A stretch of DNA of 44,624 nucleotides, counting the filler, from an uncultured virus (IMG/VR IMGVR_UViG_2061766007_003022) (Duplodnaviria; Heunggongvirae; Uroviricota; Caudoviricetes). It is 5 parts of one record of this genome, joined end to end, with 100 filler letters (N's around TTAATTAATTAA, not from the genome) between each part and the next. Parts side by side here need not be neighbours in the genome. Positions count along the whole stretch, not along the records: positions 21,179 to 31,652 come from IMGVR_UViG_2061766007_003022; 4 more parts are not named here. One strand, 5' to 3'. Position 1 is the first letter of the stretch; each line of letters starts with the position of its first letter. Positions 21,179 through 30,829 of the stretch are shown in pieces. Made by a program: the position numbers and the translations under genes. Under the pieces are notes generated by a model. That model did not search any database, was not told the DNA's origin, and was given only the letters and a program-made list of their open reading frames with translations.

Positions 21179-21963
21179 CTCCAGGTGCTCGTCATCCACG
21201 TCGATGAACCTCGGGGATACCTTGTTCTCCACGAACTCGATATCCATCTTGTCGTCAAGGATGTAGTATCCGCAGTCGGTGCCAACATGGGCGAAACTGA
21301 GGTGGTACGGGGTGCCCATGTAGAGGATTGACGAGTCCGCGTCCTTTCCCTTGTTGAACGAACGGCAGTGGTAGTGGCCGCTGAACGTATGGCAGGCCGC
21401 CTTGTAGAACTTCTCCGGGGGCAGGCCCTCGGTAGAAATCTGCCCGGCCTCCATCAGCATGTCCATTATGTCGAAATGCCCGAAAAGAACGGTATTCTCG
21501 CGCTTCGCCTTGGCCTGACGGGACAGCTTGGATAGCCACTCGCTGGTCGCCTCCATCTTGTCCGGAAAAATCCAGGGCACCATGTACCACTTCTTGCCCA
21601 ATAACTCCAGCGGGACAATAGACGTGCGGTACACGTGGACGTTCGGCAATAACTCCAGAAGCTGCAGGGAGGTCAGTGAGTCCCTGTTCTCGTAGACATA
21701 GTCGTGGTTTCCGGCGATTACGTGGATGTCGAAGTCCTTCATGTCGTCCCGGAACAGTTGTATCGCGTAGGCCATCACGTCGATGGTCATGAAGGCATGC
21801 ACGGTGAACACGTCGCCACTGAATAGCACCGTCTTGATACCGCGGGAGCGGAAATCCTCAATCATCAGCTTGTGCAGGGCCTTCTGCCCGGCCACTACGG
21901 CGTCCTTGATAGGTGTCTTCTGGCACTTCGGGCCGAGGTGGAGGTCTCCAACGATTCCAATCT
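21179..21963 (-). CDS. gp47/SbcD/Mre11-like nuclease (strain copy B)
   Basis: GDLHLG, GDVF, GNHD, GHF and SGHYH metallophosphoesterase motifs. Confidence 0.9.
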
Positions 21964-21973
21964 NNNNNNNNNN

Positions 21974-22684
21974 GAGGATGTAGTATCCGCAGTCGGTACC
22001 CACGTGTGCGAAACTGAGGTGGTACGGGGTGCCCATGTAGAGGATTGACGAATCCGCGTCCTTGCCCTTGTTGTACGAACGGCAGTGGTAGTGACCGCTG
22101 AACGTATGGCAGGCCGCCTTGTAGAACTTCTCCGGGGGCAATCCCTCGGTAGAAATCTGTCCTGCCTCCATCAGCATGTCCAATATGTCGAAATGCCCGA
22201 ACAGCACGGTGTTCTCGCGCTTCGCCTTTCCCTGGCGTGCAAGCTTGGATAGCCACTCGCTGGTCGCCTCCATCTTGTCCGGGAAAATCCAGGGCACCAT
22301 GTACCACTTCTTGCCCAGTAACTCAAGGGGAACTATGGAAGAACGGTACACATGGACGTTCGGGAGCAGTTCCAATAGCTGCAGGGAGGTCAGCGAGTCC
22401 CTGTTCTCGTAGACATAGTCGTGGTTTCCGGCAATCACGTGGATGTCGAAGTCCTTCATGTCGTCACGGAAGAGCTGGATGGCGTAGGCCATCACGTCGA
22501 TGGTCATGAAGGCATGCACCGTGAACACGTCGCCGCTGAAAAGCACCGTCTTGATGCCACGGGAACGGAAATCCTCAATCATCATCTTGTGCAGGGCCTT
22601 CTCTCCGGCCACTACGGCGTCCTTGATAGGTGTCTTCTGGCACTTCGGGCCAAGATGCAGGTCTCCAACGATTCCAATCTGCAT
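21974..22684 (-). CDS. gp47/SbcD/Mre11-like nuclease (strain copy A, with start codon)
   Basis: MQIGIVGDLHLG… with the same motifs; GGAG upstream. Confidence 0.9.
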
Positions 22685-22726
22685 AAAAATCTCCAAAAAA
22701 TAATGGGTACCGACCAGCGGTACCCA

Positions 22727-22740
22727 CAAATATAGCAAAA
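22727..22740 (-). promoter_or_regulatory. TTTTGCTATATTTG promoter upstream of gp47 (copy at 23117-23129)
   Basis: caaatatagcaaaa on the + strand. Confidence 0.7.
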
Positions 22741-23106
22741 TCAGCCTTCCCCGGCATCCCCCGGAGGCTCCCCGGTGCCATCCGTGATGGCCTTCGGGGC
22801 GTTCCTGTTGTCGAAATCCTGCTGAATCTGCTCCGCCACTTCCGCATCCAGCTCGGCAGTCCACTTGGCAATCCACGCGTTGGTATCCTGCGGGGTCACC
22901 TCGACTGAACCGTCGGCCGCCACCTGGCCTCCACCGGAACCGTCCCCTTCCGCGCCGGCGATGCCTGCGGGAGCGTCCTTCGCACGGGTGAGCAGGGACT
23001 TCTCCTCCTCCTCCCGGAGGGTTACCAGCGCTCCCCGGATGCTGTCCAGGGTCTTCAGGAGGGCGAGATACTGCCTCTGGTAGTTGGCGTAGTCGTCCGG
23101 CTCGGG
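22741..23106 (-). CDS. C-terminal strain copy of the 23130-24065 gene
   Basis: Shares EEEKSLLTRAKDAP…GEPPGDAGEG. Confidence 0.75.
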   Translation of the reverse strand, partial: PEPDDYANYQRQYLALLKTLDSIRGALVTLREEEEKSLLTRAKDAPAGIAGAEGDGSGGGQVAADGSVEVTPQDTNAWIAKWTAELDAEVAEQIQQDFDNRNAPKAITDGTGEPPGDAGEG

Positions 23107-23129
23107 NNNNNNNNNNAAATATAGCAAAA

Positions 23130-24065
23130 TCAGCCTTCCCCGGCATCTCCCGGTGGCTCCCCGGTGCCGTCCGTGATGGCCTTCGGCGCATTCCGGTTGT
23201 CGAAGTCCTTCTGAATCTGGTCGGCAACCTCAGCGTCCAGCTCGGCAGTCCACTTGGCAATCCAGGCGTTGGTGTCCTGCGGGGTCACCTCCACGGAACC
23301 GTCGGCAGCCACCTGGGCTCCCCCGGTACTTTCCCCGTCCGCACCGGTGATGCCTGCCGGAGCATCCTTCGCACGGGTGAGAAGGGACTTCTCCTCTTCC
23401 TNNNNNNNNNNNNNNNNNNNNNNNNNNNNNNNNNNNNNNNNNNNNNNNNNNNNNNNNNNNNNNNNNNNNNNNNNNNNNNNNNNNNNNNNATTCACCAGGT
23501 CCTCGACGTCCTTCTCGATGCGGTCGAGCATCCTCTTGCCGCGCCTGAACAGGTCCATGTACTCCTGCCGGAGCACCTTGCGGTCGTTGGCCAGGTCGTC
23601 CATGTTGAAACCGGGCACCAGGTCGAGCGTGTCGGGCANNNNNNNNNNGTTGACCAGGTCCTCGACGTCCTTCTCGATGCGGTCCAGCATCCTCTTTCCT
23701 CGCCTGAACAGGTCCATGTACTCCTGACGGAGTACCTTGCGGTCGTTGGCGAGGTCGTCCATGTTGAACCCCGGCACCAGGTCGAGCGTGTCGGACATCT
23801 TCTCCTTGCGGGCGAGTATGTCCTTCTGCACCTTGAGGTTCTTGGCCTCGTCGGTGATGCGCTTGACCTCCTTCTTGGCGGCGGCTATGCCCTCCTTGGT
23901 GGAGCCACGGGGTATTCCCAGAACATCCTCCACGGCCTCGTAGGGATTGTTGCCGGATTCCTTCTTCTCTTCCCTGGGAGTACCGGAAGATACCGGGTTG
24001 CTCCCGAAGTCTACGTCGAACAGTTCGGCGGCGTCCGTGGTGTCTGTAGGTATCTTGTCACTCAT
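23130..24065 (-). CDS. Helical protein, possibly terminase small subunit (gp16-like); contains an artefactual internal duplication
   Basis: DRKVLRQEYMDLFRRGKRMLDRI…PDDY…LLKTLDSI resembles the gp16 helical hairpin. A further 5' copy lies at 24646-24795. Confidence 0.4.
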   Translation of the reverse strand: MSDKIPTDTTDAAELFDVDFGSNPVSSGTPREEKKESGNNPYEAVEDVLGIPRGSTKEGIAAAKKEVKRITDEAKNLKVQKDILARKEKMSDTLDLVPGFNMDDLANDRKVLRQEYMDLFRRGKRMLDRIEKDVEDLVNXXXXPDTLDLVPGFNMDDLANDRKVLRQEYMDLFRRGKRMLDRIEKDVEDLVNXXXXXXXXXXXXXXXXXXXXXXXXXXXXXXEEEKSLLTRAKDAPAGITGADGESTGGAQVAADGSVEVTPQDTNAWIAKWTAELDAEVADQIQKDFDNRNAPKAITDGTGEPPGDAGEG

Positions 24066-24208
24066 TCTAGCAGGGCCCTCTTCGTTTCCTTGGGCTTGCC
24101 TTCCGGGAGGGGCTTCTTGCCCTCCGCCAGCTGCCTCGTGGTCTGTTCCGGGAGCTCACCGGGAGGTACCGGGAGGAAGAATTCCTTGATTTTACTGATT
24201 AACCCCAT
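24062..24208 (-). CDS. 48-aa hypothetical protein (copy at 24792-24938)
   Basis: MG(L/I)I(S/R)KIKEFFLPVPPGELPEQ…KRALL(E/G)* is open in both strains and overlaps both neighbours. Confidence 0.6.
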   Translation of the reverse strand: MGLISKIKEFFLPVPPGELPEQTTRQLAEGKKPLPEGKPKETKRALLE

Positions 24209-24635
24209 TTCTTCACCCCCACGATAATCTGGCCGATTTCCTGGCCGAAGTTATGGACACGAACCATCGCGTCTGCGTTCCTCGGGTAGTAGCGAATCTT
24301 GTCCTGCATGTCCTCGAGAAACTTCACGAACTCCTCCTGGCAGTCCAGTCGTTCCTGGAGGTCTGCCAGGTCAGGGTCTCCCTCGACCATGATGTTCTCT
24401 CCNNNNNNNNNNNNNNNNNNNNNNNNNNNNNNNNNNNNNNNNNNNNNNNNNNNNNNNNTGCGATGAGCTTGAGCTTGTTCTTGAATGCAAGCATCGCGAT
24501 GTGAATGGCGTTTTCACCCATGTTGTAGTTGCCCTGGTGGTAGACTACCTGTGCATCCACCTCTCCCTTCTCGTTCGTAGTACGGAGGGCGTTCGCACAC
24601 CATTCGCGCAGCCTCTGCATCTGGACGTTAACCGG
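24199..24635 (-). CDS. uvsY: UvsY-like recombination mediator (strain copy, partial)
   Basis: VEGDPDLADLQERLDCQEEFVKFLEDMQDKIRYYPRN. Confidence 0.6.
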
Positions 24636-24928
24636 NNNNNNNNNNCCCCAGAACGTCCTCTACCGCCTCGTATGGATTGTTGCCGGATTCCTTCTTCTCT
24701 TCCCTGGGAGTACCGGAAGAAACAGGGTTGCTCCCGAAGTCAACATCGAACAGTTCGGCGGCGTCCGTGGTATCTGTAGGTATCTTGTCACTCATCCTAG
24801 CAGGGCCCTCTTCGTTTCCTTGGGCTTTCCTTCCGGGAGGGGCTCCTTGCCCTCCGCCAGCTGCCTCGTTGTCTGTTCCGGTAGCTCGCCGGGAGGTACC
24901 GGGAGGAAGAATTCCTTAATCTTGCGAA

Positions 24929-25498
24929 TTATCCCCATTTGTGCACCCCCACGATAATCTGGCCGATTTCCTGCCCGAAGTTGTGGACACGGACCATCGC
25001 GTCTGCGTTCCTCGGATAGTAGCGAATCTTGTCCTGCATGTCTTCGAGGAACTTCACGAACTCCTCCTGGCAATCAAGTCGCTCCTGGAGGTCTGCCAGG
25101 TCAGGGTCTCCCTCGACCATGATGTTCTCTCCGTCCTTCGAGGGAATCCACTTGTGCTTCGTGGTGGCCATCTTCTGGTACACCTCGCTGCGCTTTATCT
25201 TTACTTCCTTCTTGAGNNNNNNNNNNNNNNNNNNNNNNNNNNNNNNNNNNNNNNNNNNNNNNNNNNNNNNNNNNNNNNNNNNNNNNNNNNNNNNNNNNNN
25301 NNNNNNNNNNNNNNNNNNNNNNNNNNNNNNNNNNNNNNNNNNNNNNNNNNNNNNNNNNNNNNNNNNNNNNNNNNNNNNNNNNNNNNNNNNNNNNNNNNNN
25401 NNNNNNNNNNNNNNNNNNNNNNNNNNNNNNNNNNNNNNNNNNNNNNNNNNNNNNNNNNNNNNNNNNNNATCCTCGTCTATATGAAAACCTGCAGCCAT
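24929..25498 (-). CDS. uvsY: UvsY-like recombination mediator
   Basis: C-terminal D-x-D-L…V-x-FLE…I pattern of UvsY; appropriate size; GAGGA upstream. Confidence 0.65.
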   Translation of the reverse strand: MAAGFHIDEDXXXXXXXXXXXXXXXXXXXXXXXXXXXXXXXXXXXXXXXXXXXXXXXXXXXXXXXXXXXXXXXXXXXXXXXXXXXXXXXXXXXXLKKEVKIKRSEVYQKMATTKHKWIPSKDGENIMVEGDPDLADLQERLDCQEEFVKFLEDMQDKIRYYPRNADAMVRVHNFGQEIGQIIVGVHKWG

Positions 25499-25544
25499 AA
25501 TAATTCCTCTAAGGGGAAAAATACATTATTGTTTGCCAAATGGC

Positions 25545-25573
25545 AATAAAAGGGAACCGGTTTCCCGGTTCCC
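25545..25573 (-). terminator. Rho-independent terminator after the tail tube gene
   Basis: Minus strand reads GGGAACCGG-GAAA-CCGGTTCCC-TTTTATT. Confidence 0.9.
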
Positions 25574-25595
25574 TGGTTGAATTTGTAGGCTACGA

Positions 25596-26333
25596 CTACT
25601 TGTTGCCAGCGCCGATGACCTTGTAGTTCGGGTTGAACCAGATGTTCCACCTGTCGAATTCCAGTGTGAAACCGAACTTCATGAGCTGGGCATTCTGGTA
25701 GGTGAGCTGGGTACCAACGTTGACCACGGCCGGCCAGGCGTTGATGAGCCTGATGCCCATGATGACATCGCCGTACATCCAGTCATAGAGCTCCAGGGTC
25801 ACGTGAGTGTTACGGAGGAGCACCTTGGTAGAGTTGCCGTAGTTCTCCTGCTGGCCGAGGCCGAGGTATAGCTTGTTGCTGTTTATCTCAAGCCGGTTCG
25901 TCTCGATATTCGTGTCACCGGTGCCCGCGCTGTTCAGGATACCGCTATTAAGACAGCTTTGGTTCCATGCCAGCATGGTCTCGTATGCACGGCCGTCTTC
26001 AAGCATGAGCGCATTGAGGGTCATGTTACCGGCCAAGCCGTCCTGCTGAACAGGATACTTCTTCTGGTAACCCATGTACCAAATGCTCTCATGCTTAATC
26101 TTGGCATCGGGAATCTTGGCACCGTCGGAAATGTGAAGGGTAAACTCCTTCGCAGTTTCCGGGCTGGTACCGAAATCTTCGCCGTTGGACGGCTTGATGC
26201 CGATGGCCTTGAATATACCCTGGTCCACGCACATGCGCCAGCGGGTGCTTCGAATCGGGTCCGGGAGCTTGTCAATGTTCGCCGCAAAGAAGACTTTCTT
26301 CCTGTCGGTAATGTCGAGTCCGTAAGTTGCCAT
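25596..26333 (-). CDS. Tail tube protein (gp19-like)
   Basis: Directly downstream of the sheath; DPIRSTRW…LINAWPAVV…L.Y…FTLEFDRW; AGGAGG upstream. Confidence 0.85.
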   Translation of the reverse strand: MATYGLDITDRKKVFFAANIDKLPDPIRSTRWRMCVDQGIFKAIGIKPSNGEDFGTSPETAKEFTLHISDGAKIPDAKIKHESIWYMGYQKKYPVQQDGLAGNMTLNALMLEDGRAYETMLAWNQSCLNSGILNSAGTGDTNIETNRLEINSNKLYLGLGQQENYGNSTKVLLRNTHVTLELYDWMYGDVIMGIRLINAWPAVVNVGTQLTYQNAQLMKFGFTLEFDRWNIWFNPNYKVIGAGNK

Positions 26334-26351
26334 ATTCTAATCCTCCTTTGC

Positions 26352-29300
26352 TTAGCGGGCACGCGTGCTGATGTCGGTGGAAATCGTATTGCCGTTCGTC
26401 CTGGAGAGAACGTTCGTACGAAGGGTGATGTACCGTGCACTTGCCGTCGGGATGAGCTCAAGGTCCACATAGAGCTTGTGAGCCTCGATTACTTCCGGCG
26501 GGTTGTTGGTATCGTCACAGGTGACCACACCATATTCGAGTCCGGCAGGGTTGGACGATATAATCATATCGAGCTGAGCCTGCAGGTCCGTCGTAATCTG
26601 GGCGCGTAGCGCGGCAGTATTCAGGCGGAACACCTTGGAGTCGAGGTAGTCGTAGTACATCTTGTGGATACCCGCAACGAGCATCGTTACGTTAATCGCG
26701 TTAAACGCGGTGTCTTCCATCTGCATGGTGAAGTCACCGAAGGCGTAGATACCCTTCTTGTTCGTGCGGAACGGGTTCACGTGGATATCGCACAGACGGG
26801 CGATGTCGGAATCCGGGTCCTCAGGAATGTTGAAGGTACGCTCGTACTTGACCTTGGAGCACCATGCGCCAGGAATCATACCGGTGTCCTCGCCAGCCGG
26901 GACGTGCCACCAAATCGGGCCGCGACGGTTAGCGGTGATGAGGGAGGCCATCGCGATGGACGGGGCAGCCTCGACGTTGGACATCGTGACCACGCGGTCA
27001 GCGAAAATCGGACGGGCGTCATAGATGGCACCCCAGCGGCCGAGGGTAGAACCGAAGCGGCTAGCCGGAGAGTCAAGCTTGAGGGCCTGCTCGATACGCG
27101 GTTCAGCGACACCATCGAACAGAGCGAAGCAGTCCTTGCGGAGTTCGCATATGCTCAGGACGGCCTGCATGACCTGGGTATTCAGCGTCTCGTACTTGCG
27201 CATGCCAAAGTTGTTGACACCGAGGCCGGCACCGACGAAGAACGTAACGTCGGACTTGTCCTTGTCGATGAACAGGTTGAACGCGCTAGAAATCGTGCTC
27301 GCGTTGATGTTGGCTGCCGGGTCATACTTCCACACAGCATTGTTGATGATGGCCGGGTCATTCTCGTTGAACGAGACGCAGGTCATCGTGCTGGACGGCT
27401 TGCCGTCAACCACAGTGCCAGAGAGGTCGTAGGAGTTGTCCTCGAGGAACAGGTCAAGTTCGCCACTGTCGTTCAGGACGAACTGCACGCCACTACCAGT
27501 GAGCTCAATCTCGGCAGTATCGCCAATGAACAGCTGCATGTTGTTGTGGACGTACTTTGTAACCGTACCGTCGAATTCGTATCGGACGCCGTTGTACATG
27601 TAGGCCACCGAGAGGTAGAGCCTTGCGACAGACTCGCCTTCGTCGGTAAGGTCGTACACCTTGACCGTCTTGCCGGTGAAGTTGACATCCATGTACCTGA
27701 TGTTCGCAAGGCCGAGGCCGACGAACGTGGCACCGATTGCGGTATCGGTGAGGACCTTCTCGGAACGCTCGATGACATCGTTGGCATCGAGTTCGTTACC
27801 GGCAGTGTACTGGAACGGATACGTTGCCGAACCGGACTTGGCACCGGCGACCACCTTGTCGAGCTCGATAGTCGTGGTAGTATCCTGCTTGGCGCGGGGA
27901 ACCATCACGGTAAAGTTGCCGACGAAGTAGATATCCGCATGCTGCTTAGTGACAGGAGGAACGGCCTCGATGGTGCCATCGATAACCGTATCCGGCACGA
28001 CAGCCGGCGGAACCGGGGTATCACCGGCAGAACCGGTAGCCGCGACGCCATTCAGCTTGAAGGTGATTACATAGTTTTCACCATCCTTCTTGCAGGTAAG
28101 AATCTTGGCTTCCTCTGCCTGGTACTCGATTTCGTGGGATTCCTTATTGTAGGTGGCCGCAGAAACCTTCACCTTGCCACAGGAAACGATTGCGTCAGTT
28201 TCCGCAGACACGGTGGCAGAGACCACCACGTCAGTGGTAAATACCGGCACATTTCCAGCAGAGGACACCGTCGTGTCACCAACATAGGTCCAGGTGTAGT
28301 TCTTGACGCCATCGACCGTGGCAAACGTCAGCGGGATGTCCTCGCCGAGCTCGTAGGTGTACGAGTCCTTGGCGGCAAAGGCAACCTTGTTCGTCTGGGT
28401 CAGGTTAAGGAGCTGCTTGGAAATCTTCTCGCCAAGTTCCTTGATTTCATCGACCTTGTCGCTCAGAACAATCTTGTTGGCAATCGGGTCAGAGCTCTTA
28501 ACCGTCGTGACCTTGAGAATCGGGTTCTTCCCGAGCTCGGCCGCGGTATCCTCGTCATATTCAGTGTAGTCGCCATCGGCACCGATTGCTGCGCTTGCCC
28601 TGGTAATCGCAACGATGTCACCAGGGACAAACTCGATTGCCGCACCCGGAGCCATCTGGAGCGTGTAGTCATCGAGAGTCTTCTCGATGTCGCCCACGGT
28701 AGGAGCGATGCCGAAGCCGAGCATATCGCCGCCGACAATTTCCATGAGGTCGTCAACCACGGTAGCCACGGTAGATTCCTTGGTCACCACGATTGCCGGG
28801 GTGTTGACGGTATCAACCCAGTTGGCGCGCAGGTTGCGCAGCACCACGTTGTTCTCCTCGGGCACCCATTCCGGTGTGCCGGCCGTGAGATAAGCGGTCC
28901 ATACGCCGTTCTCATTCTTCACCGCGGTGACCGTCAGGGTCTGTGTGGACTCATTTGCGGACGAGGAAATGTTCCATGCCGCAACCAGGGTGTCACCGGC
29001 AAACATAGAGAGCGCCTGACGTTCATCAAGCTCCACTTTGAAGCATGCCTCGGTTTCATTCCACACCAGTTCGGCATCGATATAGTTCGGGGTCTCGATA
29101 CGGACGAACACCTGTTCGGCCGATTCCGAGTTGAACACAATCGGAGTACCGGAATACACCTTGTAATCGCCTGTGCCGGTAAGCATGGCGAGGCCCTCGT
29201 CATCGAGCTGGAACGCACTGAAGGTCTTTGCACCGGAACCCGCCACGGCAGTCTTAACAGTGAGGTAGTCGCTTCCGCTGTTCACGGCGTCGCTGCCCTC

Positions 29301-30173
29301 GCTGTAGATGAGCTGTTCGGGNNNNNNNNNNTTCAGGGTCTCGTCGTCGGCCGCCTCGATGGTGACCTTCTTGTCCACGATGTTGGTAACGATGAACTTA
29401 CCGAGCATCTTGAACTGTCCCATGGTGCCATAGACGGTATCATCCACGGCGAACCCGACCTTGGATACACAGGTCATGACCAGCGTACCAGTGGCCCTGT
29501 TCTTGGTGTCGGTCAGGTCATTGTTCACAGCGAACGTGCTGTATGCCCTGTTTGCACCGCTCGGGTCGGCGTTCATGATGCTGAAGAGGACCGTATCGTT
29601 ATTGCCACGGGCAATTCCGCCAGCGGAAACCTGGTGCTCAGGAGCATGGTAGTCCTCAGCCCCGTCAAGGTTAAAGTCGACGTTGCTGTTCTTGACGATG
29701 GTCTCCGCAATGTTGTTAATCTTGCGGGTGGCACCGTACTGGGACGCACCGTCCACCTTGTAGCGGGTGGCCGCGAAGTACTCCATCTTCAGGGAAGTAC
29801 TGTCTACGTTCTGGTCGTTGCTGATAGCATCACGGTCGAAGGCCACGACATAGGCGTCGGTCTTCAGGTCGCGCTTCTTGTCGTCGGTCTTGTCGATTTC
29901 CTCGCCATACGGGCGGACGAACTCGACGTGGCCTCCCGCGTTGATGACGGCGCGGGCCGCGTACATTCCCTGGTTGTACCGGGAATTGTTGAAGCCGAGG
30001 CCGAAGTACATGTCCTGCTCGGCGGTGTTGGTGAGCTTCTGAATCTTGTTCAGTTCCCCCTTCGGGGCGAAGCCAACCACGCCTGCGACAGCGTTCGGGG
30101 TCTCGACCAGGCTGTAACCGGACTTGTCATGGAGCTCTATGCGGACTCCCGGACTTCCCATCCTTGTGGCCAT
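26352..30173 (-). CDS. Tail sheath protein (gp18-like), ~1273 aa with large insertions
   Basis: SPGVRIELHDKS, VVGFAPKG, RKDCFALFD, WWHVPAG…G, VNP…GIYAFGDFT…INV, CDDTNN…LIPTASARYI. Confidence 0.95.
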   Translation of the reverse strand: MATRMGSPGVRIELHDKSGYSLVETPNAVAGVVGFAPKGELNKIQKLTNTAEQDMYFGLGFNNSRYNQGMYAARAVINAGGHVEFVRPYGEEIDKTDDKKRDLKTDAYVVAFDRDAISNDQNVDSTSLKMEYFAATRYKVDGASQYGATRKINNIAETIVKNSNVDFNLDGAEDYHAPEHQVSAGGIARGNNDTVLFSIMNADPSGANRAYSTFAVNNDLTDTKNRATGTLVMTCVSKVGFAVDDTVYGTMGQFKMLGKFIVTNIVDKKVTIEAADDETLXXXXPEQLIYSEGSDAVNSGSDYLTVKTAVAGSGAKTFSAFQLDDEGLAMLTGTGDYKVYSGTPIVFNSESAEQVFVRIETPNYIDAELVWNETEACFKVELDERQALSMFAGDTLVAAWNISSSANESTQTLTVTAVKNENGVWTAYLTAGTPEWVPEENNVVLRNLRANWVDTVNTPAIVVTKESTVATVVDDLMEIVGGDMLGFGIAPTVGDIEKTLDDYTLQMAPGAAIEFVPGDIVAITRASAAIGADGDYTEYDEDTAAELGKNPILKVTTVKSSDPIANKIVLSDKVDEIKELGEKISKQLLNLTQTNKVAFAAKDSYTYELGEDIPLTFATVDGVKNYTWTYVGDTTVSSAGNVPVFTTDVVVSATVSAETDAIVSCGKVKVSAATYNKESHEIEYQAEEAKILTCKKDGENYVITFKLNGVAATGSAGDTPVPPAVVPDTVIDGTIEAVPPVTKQHADIYFVGNFTVMVPRAKQDTTTTIELDKVVAGAKSGSATYPFQYTAGNELDANDVIERSEKVLTDTAIGATFVGLGLANIRYMDVNFTGKTVKVYDLTDEGESVARLYLSVAYMYNGVRYEFDGTVTKYVHNNMQLFIGDTAEIELTGSGVQFVLNDSGELDLFLEDNSYDLSGTVVDGKPSSTMTCVSFNENDPAIINNAVWKYDPAANINASTISSAFNLFIDKDKSDVTFFVGAGLGVNNFGMRKYETLNTQVMQAVLSICELRKDCFALFDGVAEPRIEQALKLDSPASRFGSTLGRWGAIYDARPIFADRVVTMSNVEAAPSIAMASLITANRRGPIWWHVPAGEDTGMIPGAWCSKVKYERTFNIPEDPDSDIARLCDIHVNPFRTNKKGIYAFGDFTMQMEDTAFNAINVTMLVAGIHKMYYDYLDSKVFRLNTAALRAQITTDLQAQLDMIISSNPAGLEYGVVTCDDTNNPPEVIEAHKLYVDLELIPTASARYITLRTNVLSRTNGNTISTDISTRAR

Positions 30174-30207
30174 AATCATACCTCATGGTTATATTGATTC
30201 TGGCCGA

Positions 30208-30214
30208 AGTTTAT
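30208..30214 (-). promoter_or_regulatory. ATAAACT putative late promoter for the sheath-tube operon
   Basis: agtttat on the + strand, about 35 nt upstream of the sheath ATG. Confidence 0.6.
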
Positions 30215-30256
30215 CCCGTGGTCACTTTTTTTCTCCGTTTTTCGGTCCCATATACC

Positions 30257-30263
30257 ATAAACT
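30257..30263 (+). promoter_or_regulatory. ATAAACT putative late promoter for the ankyrin-like gene
   Basis: About 33 nt upstream of the ATG at 30296, back-to-back with the sheath motif. Confidence 0.55.
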
Positions 30264-30295
30264 TGCAGAAAACGGCACTTTCCAGGAATTTTCAT

Positions 30296-30819
30296 ATGGA
30301 CAAGAGGGAATTCAACAGCAGGCTTAACGGGCTGAAGGACGCCTACCCGAACGAACTGGCGCTCATAGAGGGCATCCAGAACATTCTGAACAAGAAACTC
30401 GAGGTGATTTCCGACAAGAACCGCCAGGCCCTCCGGCAGTTCCCCCTGCAGTTCACCCGCCGGGTCAACCTTGGCGACGGCGAGTGGACCACCACCCTTC
30501 ATATGTGGGCAGACAACCTCGTAGAGGACCTTCTGGACATCGACCCCCTGATGCTCACCTGCACCGATTCGGCAGGCAATACCGTGCTGCACGCCCTGGT
30601 TTTTGCCGCTACCGGCAAGTTTACCCAGCAGGTAGACTACGACTTCATCAAGAAGATGCTCGACAAGAACATGTCCTACATCGAGATGACCCGCCCGAAC
30701 GACATCAACTCCAAGGCCGAGGGCAACGCCTGGTTCGCCGTGGATGCCGCCGGGAAGACCGCCATGGACTACCTCATCGAGTTCGCCAACGGCGAGAACG
30801 GCATGGGGGAGGACCCTAT
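30296..30819 (+). CDS. Ankyrin-repeat-like protein, 3'-truncated
   Basis: TTLHMWA, TDSAGNTVLHAL and VDAAGKTAMDYL. Confidence 0.7.
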
Positions 30820-30829
30820 NNNNNNNNNN

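Noticed and set aside
21131..23260. 709-aa tandem double nuclease
   Set aside because: Two strain copies of gp47 joined at a 10-N junction, plus a spurious upstream extension.
2535..30173. Bacterial contractile injection system or tailocin
   Set aside because: Interspersed gp4, UvsW, UvsY, gp46/47 and RNase H genes indicate a replicating T4-like phage.
26664..30197. 1177-aa ORF antisense to the sheath, and other long antisense ORFs
   Set aside because: Shadow frames expected from strong codon bias; no motifs or ribosome binding sites.
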